Of a DNA stretch of 64,000 nt, positions 22,299 to 33,882 are shown piece by piece. The DNA is taken from contig JBHGNT010000001.1 in assembly GCA_043228905.1 (NCBI GenBank), positions 14,818,001 through 14,882,000 of the forward strand, written 5' to 3'. Origin of the DNA: Azolla caroliniana. Its lineage: Eukaryota; Plantae; Polypodiophyta. Numbering within the stretch: position 1 is the first letter of the stretch; each line of letters starts with the position of its first letter. The notes beneath the pieces were generated by a model. It searched no databases. It was not told where the DNA came from and saw only the letters and a program-made list of their open reading frames with translations. The position numbers were made by a program, and so were the translations under genes.

Positions 22299-24652
22299 TT
22301 TCGGAAGTTCGATTGAACTTGATATCAGTCGGTCAGCTGGATGATGAAGGCTACACGGGTAGCATTCAGAACGACGTCATGAAGTTCTGCAAGGGAAGTC
22401 TAATTGTGGCTCGAGCCCGGAAAACCAACACATTGTAAATAATGAATGCTCAAATATGCCGAGGGGAAGCAAACGTGGCAACCGACACGGTCGGTGAACT
22501 GTGGCACATGAGTTTTTGCCATATGAGTCAGAAGGGGATGTGAAAGCTTGCCGAGGACAACCTCATTCCGGAGGTGAAGAACATGCAACTTGAGAAGTGC
22601 ATTGATTGCTTGGCCGGTAAATAGAATCAAACATCCTTTCGAATGAGGCCCCCGATCCAGAAGAAAATACCATTGGAACTCGTGCATACGGACTTATGGT
22701 ATGTGGATACAAAGTCACATGGTGGTTCATAGTATTTCGTGACCTTCATTGATGACTGTGGCTGGAAGTTGTGGGTTTCCATGCTGAAGACGAAGGACTA
22801 AATGGTATCCGTCTTCAAAGAGTTCCAAGTGATGGTCGAGAGAGAAACCGGCCGAAAACTGAAGGTAGTCCGATCAGACAATCGCAGAGAGTACCGTGGA
22901 CCGTTCCAGGAATACTGCTGAAATTAAGGAATCCGGATCGAGTATACTGTGTCAAAGATGCCAAAGCTTAATGGGTTGGCCGAGAGAATGAACCGAACCA
23001 TAATGGAAAGGATTCGAAGTATGCAAAAGACCAAAGGGGAAAACTAGACCCGAGATCTCAACCAGGTATATTTTTCGGGTACGGCAATGATGAATTTGGC
23101 TATCGGCTATGGGACTTAGCCGAGAAGAAAGCGATTAGGAGCCGCGACATTGTCTTCATGGAGGAAAATACAATAGTCAACTGGGATATTCAGAATAAGT
23201 CTCCAACTACCGAATCGAACCGAGTTGATGCTCGGCCAAATCGAGTAGAAGCCAATTCGATCGAAATCGAATCCGAGCTAGTCGGCCAATTTAATACTCG
23301 GCAAAATCGAGAACTGACTGAAGAACGAGGGGTAACAGCTAAACAAGGAACCGAATTCGACTCGGCTGAAGAAGTCGAAGAAGAACCGACCGTGCCGAAT
23401 GGTGGCCGAAAATACCCCCTAAGACAAAGGTAAAGAGAACCTTGTATGCCGACTAAGGAAGAGCTTGTACGGGTTGAAGCAAGCACCTCGGCAATGGTAC
23501 TCAAAATTCGAAGCCTTCATGACCGACAACTGGTACCACAAAACGCAGGCCGATCACTACGTATTTGTGAAGAAACTCGACGGAGGAGATTTCCTCATCC
23601 TCCTGTTGTACGTGGACGACATGCTGATTGTCGGACAGGACCATACAAAGATCTGAATGCTAAAGAAGACCTTGAACAGATTGTTCTCGATGAAGGATAT
23701 GGGTCCGGCAAAGAAAATCCTGGGGATGCATGTTGTTCGGCACCGAACAAAAAAATTGTTGTGGTTGTCACAAGAAAATACGTGACAAAGGTGCTCCAGA
23801 GATTCGGCATGGAAAGCGCAAACCGGTCGGCTCGACACTGTCGACGAACTGCAAGCTAACCAAAGAACAATGTCTGAAATTGAGAACCGAAAAGGCCAAG
23901 ATGTCAAAAGTCCCTTATGCCCTAGCAGTTGGAAGCCTGATGTACGCTATTGTTACGGGCATGACCATATAATATCCCGTGGTAAGAATTTACCGTAGTA
24001 TTCTATACACATGGATAAGTGTGAGGGTTAAACGAGAGTGTAAAGAAGGGGAGGATTACTTTTAATCCTCGGGATTGAGACAACCCATTAGGTCAAGTGT
24101 GAACTTGCCTGGGGGCCTTGGGTATCGCTATAAATAAGAGGCCTAGCTACCCTCATTTGATCATCTTTTGACTACATCGAGACTCTGCTCGTGTGGTGGG
24201 TCAACTCTTGTAGCGAGCGCGCCAGCACCAGGTACGACTCGACGCCACGGCGGTGGTATGGGACGCCGATCGAGGCTCGAGTCCGTCTCGATCCCTTCGC
24301 TCGGGGGTGGTCGGGTGGATCGGCACCCTTCTTTCTCTTTCTCCTTTCTATCTTTCATTTCTTTATCCTTATTTTAAGCTTACTTTAGTACCTAGATCTA
24401 TAATATTTGGTATCAGATTTTTGTACTAATGTTTCTTTGTTTTTCATTTGTCTTTTGATTGATGCTGATCGATCGTTGTGCGGTTGGCCTTGATCCAGAC
24501 AACGATCAACAAAGAACTTTGGTAACTCTTTCCATAATTTTTCTTTCTATTCTCTCTTCTCCCATCTAATCATGTGTTTAGTTTATATGTAATTTTTTTC
24601 ATTAAGTCAATGATGTTGTAGTGGTCTTTAATTGATTATCTAAAACGTTTAC

Positions 24653-24918
24653 ATATGTGCACGAGGTCAATACCTCGTTTGACATATTAATAATATGTGA
24701 TGAGTGTCGTATGCGTACGAGGTTAATACCTCAATTACGTATTACGTTCACGAACATATGTTACGTTTGCGTATGAGTTTAATACCTTGATTTGTTGTAA
24801 ACGATATGCGGTTGGTCTCGTATGCGTAAGAGGTCAATACCTCAATTGCGTATTACGATGATCTCTTATTTGTGGATGTTTCGTGTGCGTAGAGGTATAT
24901 ACCTCGATTACGTATCTC
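24653..24918 (+). repeat. Five-unit array of hairpin repeats (core GAGGT-N4-ACCTC) with non-repeated spacers in the Gypsy-2 leader
   Basis: Cores at 24663, 24719, 24775, 24830 and 24892 (spacing 56, 56, 55, 62). Confidence 0.8.
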
Positions 24919-26092
24919 GATCACATCATTTGTGGCTATTTAATATAACGATATGTTTAATATAGGCATGTGGTCACATATATACGTATTTGATCGTATA
25001 TATGTGAAAAGTAAACATATGTGTATATTTGTTATTACGTGATTATGTCGAAAGTTGTCATGGTCGGGAAAAGGATGTTGGTGGTCGTCCTCACATTTTT
25101 GTGAGAATGGCGTTGTCACCATCCCTTTTTCAACATTTTTTTATTGTTGATAACCCCGTTGACGACCTCGATTTCGTTACGTAAAGAAACGCCAATAGCC
25201 AAAATGATGTTGAGTACGTAGGGCTTGACCCACTTCAAGTGAGGTCGCTCCAATGACGCACGTATCCAACATCCCTCCCTCGTTACATGGATACGATGCC
25301 ACCATGAGCTCGTTCTTACGAGAGGCATTCGTAATGACGTGACCATGTGATGGCCCACGTGAGCCTACTACGAAACGAGGGCTCATTTGGCTTGACCATT
25401 AGGTTGCACTTTGGCGTATGCCATCGTAATTACGAGACTTGAGGTTAGGTAACGTACCAACATACTTTTTGGTAAATGAGGGCGAAATAAGGACCCTTGA
25501 CATATATGTTCTTTTAAAAAAACATATATGATCAATTGCCTCGCATATCTCTTATACGCATCAAACATTAAGCATTCGAGAAGAGCAACTTACTTGGTTG
25601 GCTCAAGTGTTTAATGTATTTGTTCTCGAGGTCTCGAGTTCAAATATGACCAAGACCATACAACATCCTTGATACATATGACTATAACAAATGTTTAGAC
25701 TTAAGGTCTAAGTGCACCTCGGGGTCCTCGTAATAGGACTTAAAGAGCCGAAACCACATATGTGGGCACCGAAACATAGTTTATTGTTAACATTTTTTTC
25801 GTGTATAAACTATTCATGACGCGAACATACATGGTTGAGCCTCGGGGAGCCACCATGAAAAAATCGATATAGAGATCAGGGAAAGACATTTATTTGTCAC
25901 CCCCATGGTTTTTAAAACACCTTTGTGTTACCATAGTAACCTGATCTTGAACCTCATCTCATACGTCTAGAGGGGTATTGACGTGAGATAATGATATCGA
26001 TTAATGCTCGCCCATGATATGTTTACATCACGACATGATGTTATGACTATATCTCTGACCTTATCCTATTTCTTTTCCAGAAATAATCTTTA

Positions 26093-29000
26093 ATGGCTCA
26101 AATTAACGACCCGATGTCATCCGCTCAAGCGGAAGGAACTCAAGGGAATCCTCCTGGACAAATGTCCACTGAGATGTATTTGGCACAAATAACCCAATAC
26201 CTTAGTTTCACCGCTCAACAGATGACCGAACTTTGGCAATCTCAGAGTGCTCTTGAGGCACGTGTCATTAGTCTACAACGTGAGACTAATAGACCTGATG
26301 AGCGACAAGGTGAACCATCATTTGTCGTTAAGCCATTTAAGGGAGACAAAAAGGAAAGAACCGAAGAAGCAATCTGCACATGGCTGGGACGATGGGAGTC
26401 TCATTTTGAGCTCTATCCCACGCCAGATAGTACGAAGATTGCATATGTCGGCCGAGAACTCGGGGGTAAGGTCGCTGCCTGGTGGCGTGGCCTCCGTACT
26501 ATGGGGAAATTGCCCGATACCTGGACAGATTTTGTCACGGTTTTTAAGGGCCAAGTTCTGCAACCTCCCTCTCGAACCGAGGCAGCACAAGCTTTAATGA
26601 ACCTCTCTAGTAGGAAATTTTCCTCGCTAGAAGACTATGTTCACCATGCTAGAACCCAAATACAAAAATCGGGTCTAGAAGGGGACAATTGGTTGATAGC
26701 TTGTTTTGTCAATGGCATCCCCAATTCGGACTATCACTGGATAGTGCACGATAAGGATCCAAAATCCTTCGAAGAGGCCGTTGAAATAGTTCTTCGCTAT
26801 CAACGCACTTCGAAGAAGGACCATAACAAACCCAACGAAGTGCCCGGGACTAAGCAGTCGCAATTTGTTGGGAAACGCAAGACACCCAACGAATTCCTGC
26901 ATCGCGATTGTAAGCGACAACATCCTTTTTGTGTATTCTGCAAAAAGAAGGGTCATACAAAAGATCAATGTCGAAAGCTCCAACGGAAAGAGCACGACAA
27001 CAAAGCTAAAGCTGCAGACCATAAAGGTCAGATTCCTAATGTCCTTCAGGTCTATACACACCATTTAAGTAATTGTCAATGTTCTTTCCCTCACTATGTA
27101 TTGGGTCCCAATGATTTACTATGTGCAAACGGGTATATCAATGGATCTCCCGTACAATTTTTATTTGATTCGGGAAGCTCACACAATTTTGTGAATGATC
27201 ATTTGGTTTAGATATGGGGAATCCAACCCACCGTAAGTGATCACACCTACACGGTGCACTTGGCTGATGGAAGAGTACAATACATCAACGGGGCGATTCA
27301 TTCATTAGGAATTTCTATTGATACTTATATAGAGGAAGTAGACTTCCATGTAATGAATCTTTGTACCACCGATGTAATACTGGGTTATCCCTGGTTTTAT
27401 AATAAAAACTCTTCTTTATTTATTGATTGGGTTCGTCATTCCATTTCTTTTGTACTGAACGATTGTACGCATTTTATTCAATGTGTAAAAAAACAATCCC
27501 TCTCGATTGTTTCCTCGTGTCCATCAATATCCAAGTTGTCTTGTTCTACGTTATTTTATTGTGTACTTGATCCGGACATTCACGTTTACAATATCGATAA
27601 TGTCCCGATTCAATTAACATATTTTGAACAACAACAACTTGATGAAATCTTAAATGATTTTCATGATGTTTTTCCAAGTGAACTACCTGATGGGTTACCT
27701 CCTAAACGTAATATAGACCATCGTATAGATATTGTACCTGGTGTTGCACCAATAAGTATACATCTGTATCGCTTAAGTCGATTCGAAGAAGATGAGGTAT
27801 CTAAGCAACTCAAGGACTATTTACGAATGGGTTATATACGTTATAGTAAATCTCCATGGTGTGCACCAGTTCTCTTGGTTAAAAAGAAAGAGGGCACATG
27901 GCGTATGTGTATTAATTACCGACGCTTGAATAAAGTGACGATCAAGAATTCGTATCCATTGCCCCGGGCTGACGATCTAATTGACCGTCTCCAGGGAGCT
28001 CGGTATTTTACGAAACTTGATCTCCGTACTGGCTACCATCAAATACGAATAAGTGAGGACGATGTTCCTAAAACGGCATTTCGTACGCACTATGGCCATT
28101 ACGAGTTTTTGGTTATGCCTTTTGGTTTGACCAATGCTCCGGCTACTTTTCAACAAGAAATGAATGACATTTTCCGAGAACAACTTGGAAAATTTGTCGT
28201 TATTTTCTTGGATGATATTTTAGTTTATAGTCGTACATTACAAGAACATGCTAGACATGTCCGCTTTGTTTTACAAACATTGCGTGACAAACAGTTTTAT
28301 GCGAAGATCTCAAAATGTGAGTTCTTCAAGAAATCAATTACTTATCTAGGACATCTCAGAACCGAACGAGGAGTTGAAATTGATCCTTCTCGCATTGAGA
28401 AAATCAAGCTTTGGCCCACTCTTCGGAATATTCGAGAAGTTCGATCATTCCTTGGTTTTGTGGGGTTTTTGCGAATGTCTCTTCGTAATTACTCCCAATT
28501 GACGACGTCGTTTACTGATCTTTTAAAAGGTCAAACACGTAAGTCTACAAAACCTATTGTGTGGAATGCTACACTAGACCTTGCCTTTAAGGAACTCAAG
28601 GACCTGGTTTGCAAGGCTCCTTCACTTCTTTTACCCGATCCTTCAAAACCTTTTGAGGTTGAAACCGATGCAAGCGATTATACTATAGGTGTTGTCTTGT
28701 ATCAAGATGGTAAACCAATAGCATTCGAGAGTAAGAAACTTGATTCTGCTCAATGTCGGTATACCGTTCAAGAAAAGGAATTATTTGCAGTTATACATGC
28801 GCTCAAAACATGGCGCCATTATCTTTATGGAAATCACTTTGTGGTAACTACGGACCACGAGTCCTTGAAATATTTTTGTGACCAACAAGACCTGAAAGGT
28901 CATAAGGCACGATGGGCTGATCTCATCCAGGACTTTGATTTTTCCATACGATATCGTAAAGGTTCCATGAACACTGTCGTTGATGCACTAAGTTGCATCC

Positions 29001-30526
29001 GTGAAGTTAACATGCTTAGCTTCACTGCAATATCATCAGATCTTTATGATCACCTTCGAGGAAAGTATCCTGATGACAGTTATTTCGCAAAATACTGGGC
29101 AAGAGTTGAGTCTGGAACAGACACCACCACATCCTCGAAGGAATACTTCCACATTGCTAACGATTTGCTCTACCGTAATGGGAAGGTTTGTGTTCCAGAT
29201 TTACCCGAGGTCAAAAAGAGGATTCTTTTTGAATGCCATGATGCACCCTCAGCAGGGCACCCTGGAATACATCGTACACTCGTTCTCATCTCCACTCAAT
29301 TTTATTGGCCTAAGATGCGTCCTGACATACATAGCTATGTGACTAAATGTCACCAGTGTCAGGTTAACAAAGCCGAGCGACTTAAAGCCGCAGGACTTTT
29401 ACATCCCTTGGACATTCCCAATAATAAGTGGGAAAGTATATCCATGGATTTTATTGTTAGCCTTCCTCGCACCCAAAAAGGTCATGATGCCATCTGGGTT
29501 GTCGTTGATCGACTAACTAAAATGGCCAGATTTATTGCTACTAAAACCACGGTAACAGCTCCTGAATTGGCTTACCAATTCGTTGACGAATTGTTTCGTT
29601 TTTATGCGTTACCGATGGATATCATGAGTGATCGAGATCCAAAGTTTACTACTGACTTCTGGACACAAGTCTTTAAGAAGTTAGAAACTACGTTGAGCAT
29701 GAGCTCCATGGATCATCCTCAATCCGATGGACAGACAGAACGAGTAAATCAAATTATTGAGGACATGCTTCGAGCATACGTTGGTGCAAAACCAACAAAA
29801 TGGGAACGTTATCTCCCAATTTTGGAGTTTGCTTATAACAGCTCCAAGCATACGTCGACGGGATATAGTCCTTTTATGTTGATGTATGGTTTTCAGCCAC
29901 GAGCCCCGATTGATGTTAATATACATCATGATGAGTTGCGAAGTGCGCAAAACTTTCTTCGGGATATGCAAGATATGTTGTATATTGCACGAGATAATAT
30001 AAAAACAGCTCAAGATAGAGCGCGTTTTTATGCCGATCATCATAGGCAACCTCGTGTATTCAACCTTGGACAGAAGGTATTTTTACGTGTACCTCACAAT
30101 TCTAAGATATTGTCTACGGGTAAGTGCGCTAAGTTAGCCCCACGGTTTTCTGGACCTTTTACAGTCCTCAAACGCATTGGATCATCAGCCTATCGTCTCG
30201 CTCTTCCCAATGGTGTCGGAATTCATCCAGTCTTTCATGTGAGTCGTCTAAAAGAACTTCTAGGTTCTGGCGACAATACAGTTACGACTGAAACTCTGGT
30301 TACTTCTGAAGAATTATCTTCTAAACCACATGTACCAGAAAGAATTCTCGATGTTAAAACCAAAAAATTACGTACTAAAGAAATCCGAGAATTCAAAATA
30401 AAATGGATGGATAAATCAATCAAAGATGCCACATGGGAACGCGAAAATACTCTTAGAACTAACTTCCCTAACTTTCCATTGCAAGAGTGCAATGTTTTAA
30501 AGAGGGGGAGTATGTTACGGGCATGA
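26093..30526 (+). pseudogene. Gypsy-2 single-frame Gag-Pol (Gag, CCHC, PR, RT, RH, IN, chromodomain) broken by one in-frame TAG at 27209-27211
   Basis: ORFs 26093-27211 and 27254-30526 share a frame. Motifs [60 protein letters not shown]. Confidence 0.93.
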
Positions 30527-31615
30527 CCATGTAATATCCCGTGGTAAGAATTTACCATAGTATTCTATACACGTGGATAAGTGTGAGGGTTAAACGAGAG
30601 TGTAAAGAAGGGGAGGATTACTTTTAATCCTCGGGATTGAGACAACCCATTAGGTCAAGTGTGAATTTGCCTGGGGGCCTTGGGTATCGCTATAAATAAG
30701 AGGCCTAGCTACCCTCATTTGATCATCTTTTGACTACATCGAGACTCTGCTCGTGTGGTGGGTCAACTCTTGTAGCGAGCGCGCCAGCACCAGGTACGAC
30801 TCGATGCCACGGCGGTGGTATGGGACGCCGATCGAGGCTCGAGTCCGTCTCGATCCCTTCGCTCGGGGGTGGTCGGGTGGATCGGCACCCTTCTTTCTCT
30901 TTCTCCTTTCTATCTTTCATTTCTTTATCCTTATCTTAAGCTTACTTTAGTACCTAGATCTATAATAGCTTTGGTATGTACTAGGCCGAACATAGGATAT
31001 GCAGTCGGCGTGGTTAGCCGATATATGAGCATCCCCAGAAGAGAGAATTGGGTTGCCATGAAGTGGATACTTCGGTACCTAAAAGGAACCTCGAACGTGT
31101 GTCTTCATTTCGGTTCAGGTAACCCCACGTTGGAAGGTTATACTGAATCGGACATGTCGGCTGATGTGGATACCAACCGATCCACGTCCCGGTATGGAAT
31201 GATTTATGCAAGCGGAGCTGTTTCGTGGTAGTCAAGGTTGTAGAATGTCATGGCGTTGTCGACCACGGAAGCCGAATATATGGCCGTAGCGGTAGCCAGC
31301 CAAGAAATCATATGGATGAAGGAGGAATTCCAACTCCAGTGAGCTGGGAATTCAACAGGAGGAATTCGAACTCCATTGCGAGAACTAGAGTGTCATCCAC
31401 CTTGCGAAAAATGCCGCCTACCACTCGAGGACCAAACACATCCAGAGAATGGCTCCGAGATCGAGTAGAAGAAAAGGAGTTTGATCTATTGAAGATCCAC
31501 ATGGACGAAAATGAATCAGATATGTTGACGAAGGTGTTGTCAGCCGAAAAGCTAAACGTGTGCCGATAGAGAGCCGGTTTGGTGAAGTACCCCATGCCGG
31601 AGTGAAGGGGGAGTT

Positions 31616-31997
31616 TGTTGGGAAACAGGTTCCTCCATATGGGAATAGAAGAACCGATTTGGTGAGTAACTGTAGTTGATCATTATTGTAATGTTAGAAT
31701 GAGGTAGTTGCCTCTGTGACGGTGAGTGAGAGAGTGAGAGTGTAACTTCATAGCCATCTCTCAGACGAAGGAGAACTCGAGGTCATTGGCTCTGAGTTCC
31801 GTATTTGTACTTTCTCTCTACTATAGTGATCTGTTTTCGCAGGCTTTAGGGACCCCCATGGTTTTTCCCATTTCGGGTATTCCACGTAAAATATCGGTGT
31901 CTCTGTATCTTCACATTTTGTTTGTCTGCATACTAGTTCTTGGTTTCTGCACACGAATATGAAAGTGTAACCTATTGTGGTCGGTTGATTCCTAACA
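31616..31997 (+). repeat. Copia-A 3' LTR, ~170 bp shorter than the 5' LTR
   Basis: TGTTGGG...CCTAACA. The deletion joins GAGTAACT to TAGTTGATC. Confidence 0.9.
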
Positions 31998-33882
31998 ATA
32001 TCTAACTTGACCTTTTTCCCTTTCGCAAACATGGCGGTTCCGACGTCATTCATTTTGAGGATAAACATCCTCCCTTCTCAGCTCCCCTACGCAATGACTT
32101 TGCCCTCTTCTTCAATCAATCACTCGAGGTGTGTGAACCGAACCCGCATGCCTTGGTAGACAATCTGTCTGACCGACACCGGGTTCTTTGTGATTGTCGG
32201 GATGTGCAGAACGTTCATCCACTTCCCTTTTTGTCCCATGTGGTTTAATGGAACTTTGTTGACATGTTCGATGGTATGTGAGGTGTTGTCACTGATTTCG
32301 ATGACCTCCGGTTTCTCCAAATACGAGAACCACTCCTCATGGCTATTCATGTGGTTCGATGCCCCGGAATCAACATACCATACCTCGTTCGGTTTTGAGG
32401 TGCTTGTCTTCATCAAATTAGCCTTGTGCTTCATCACAAAGGCTGGACCCAATCCATTTTCGGCTCCTCCTGAGCCCTCGGCGTAGTGCGATCTTTGACG
32501 CTTATTTGCATCTTCCCAGCTCAATCCCGATTTGTCTGAATCAGAGCGCTTCTTCTAGCACTCACTCTCTTGGTGGCCTTTCTTGCCATAATACTATCAC
32601 TATGTTTCGGCCTTTGCTTGCCAGTTTCCGGCCCCGCCTTGACCCCCCCTATTTTCGAAGGGACAAACTTGTTGTCGGCATTTCGATTATGCTTTGCTCC
32701 TGTCGGCCGCCTCCATTGCGTGCCGACCCGCATCTTCCACCACGACCACAGGGCCTATCTTCCTCCGTGTACAACATCTTGTTGTCAATGTGTGTACTTG
32801 TTGACACACCCATGTGGTTCTCTTCAACAAGAAGCATCGATTGCAACTCGCATAATGATGGCGTATTCTCTCTCGTGCATACAACCGTTCCGAATGATCC
32901 GAACTTAAACGCTAGCCCACCGAGACATAGCTGCACCATTTCGTCCTTCTCGATGGTCATGTTGATGAAGGTGAGGGAGTCGCAGATGTCCTTGATCCGG
33001 GCTAAATAATTGGCCAAACACAGATCTTTCTATCGAACATTGTTGAGATCTTGCTGGAGTTGTAGCTTTCGGATCGTTGTGCTTGCCACAAAAACCTTCT
33101 TCAGGTTCGTCCAAGCATCTTTGGGTGTCTTGGCATCCCGGATGTAGCTGAGTAGCTGATCACCAATGTTGGACGCGAAGTAGTACATTACTCTACTTGT
33201 CGCTTGCTCCCAGTCCTTGTGCGTTGTGTCTGGTGCTGCATCATTCGCTCCTTCAACATAACTCCAGTACTTGTTTCCAAGGAGGTACTAGGGCATCTTG
33301 TATGACCAAGATGGGTAGTGGCTTCTATCGAGCTTCTCCGTTGGAAGAGAAATTCCTGTACCTCTGCCCATTTCTCTTCTGTTTTTCAAAAATAAAGAAC
33401 TTGGCTCTGTGTTCGAATGTTCTTTTCGGCAGCAAAGGATGTTCTAACCCTCGCGCTCAGATACCATGTAGAAATTACCATGCAGAAGCTACACACAGAC
33501 CACGACTAGCTCATTCGGATAGCAACAGAAAGTAGAAACGTAGGTTTAATGGAAAGCTTGAGAACAATATGTGAGAGAGAGAGAGGGGGAGGGAAAGAGC
33601 CAGACAACAAAACTTAGTTTCAAAATAATACTCTGTTCTGTACATCGAATATGCTCATAGAACACTTTTATACAAGTCCTTAAAAGGATTGACACAAGTA
33701 CCGCTCGTGCTTGAATGCTCATAAAGAGCTCCTTCACTAACTCCCAAATATATTCCTTCGTGGAATATCATTCCAGCGGCCTTCCGGCTCCCGCTGATCT
33801 GGCCTCGCTGATCAATTTCCATCTAATCCGGCTCTCCGCTTCTTCAATTGATCCGGCCTAAGTTAAGCTTGCTCGCTGAACA

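Larger units (their letters stand above)
23951..30967 (+). mobile_element. Gypsy-2: near-intact chromoviral Ty3/Gypsy element with a ~1.7-kb leader
   Basis: 455-bp LTRs 23951-24405 and 30513-30967, ~6 transitions apart by eye. TSD GCTAT/GCTTT. PBS TGGTATCAGA at 24408; PPT AAAGAGGGGGAG. Copia-A reading YAM|VCTRP resumes after it. Confidence 0.95.
15043..31997 (+). mobile_element. Copia-A (Tork/Tnt1-like), decayed with internal deletions; host of Copia-C and Gypsy-2
   Basis: TSD ATATC (15038-15042 / 31998-32002). LTRs 15043-15594 and 31616-31997. PBS TGGTATCATAGC at 15598, gag ATG at 15611, PPT GAGTGAAGGGGGAG before 31616. Confidence 0.92.
14560..33882 (-). mobile_element. Copia-B element (5' LTR 33467-33882, PBS-Met 33455-33466, gag-PR 32003-33330, integrase start 14560-15037), 3'-truncated and split by Copia-A
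   Basis: The reading ..MFAKGKKVKLDI|NLWHKR.. is continuous across the 15043-31997 insertion. Motifs WYVDSGASNHM, LIHLDVWG, YFVTFIDD. TGGTATCTGAGC abuts the LTR. Confidence 0.85.

Noticed and set aside
24653-24918. CRISPR array
   Set aside because: Repeats are degenerate, spacers are short, there are no cas genes and the context is a eukaryotic retrotransposon leader. Kept only as a hairpin array.
25593-25658. Functional tRNA gene
   Set aside because: The T-stem does not pair and there is no proper anticodon arm. Reported as tRNA-like only.
26290-26325. Hammerhead ribozyme core (CTGATGA), also at ~44895
   Set aside because: No correctly placed GAAA or flanking stems, and the first lies within gag coding sequence.
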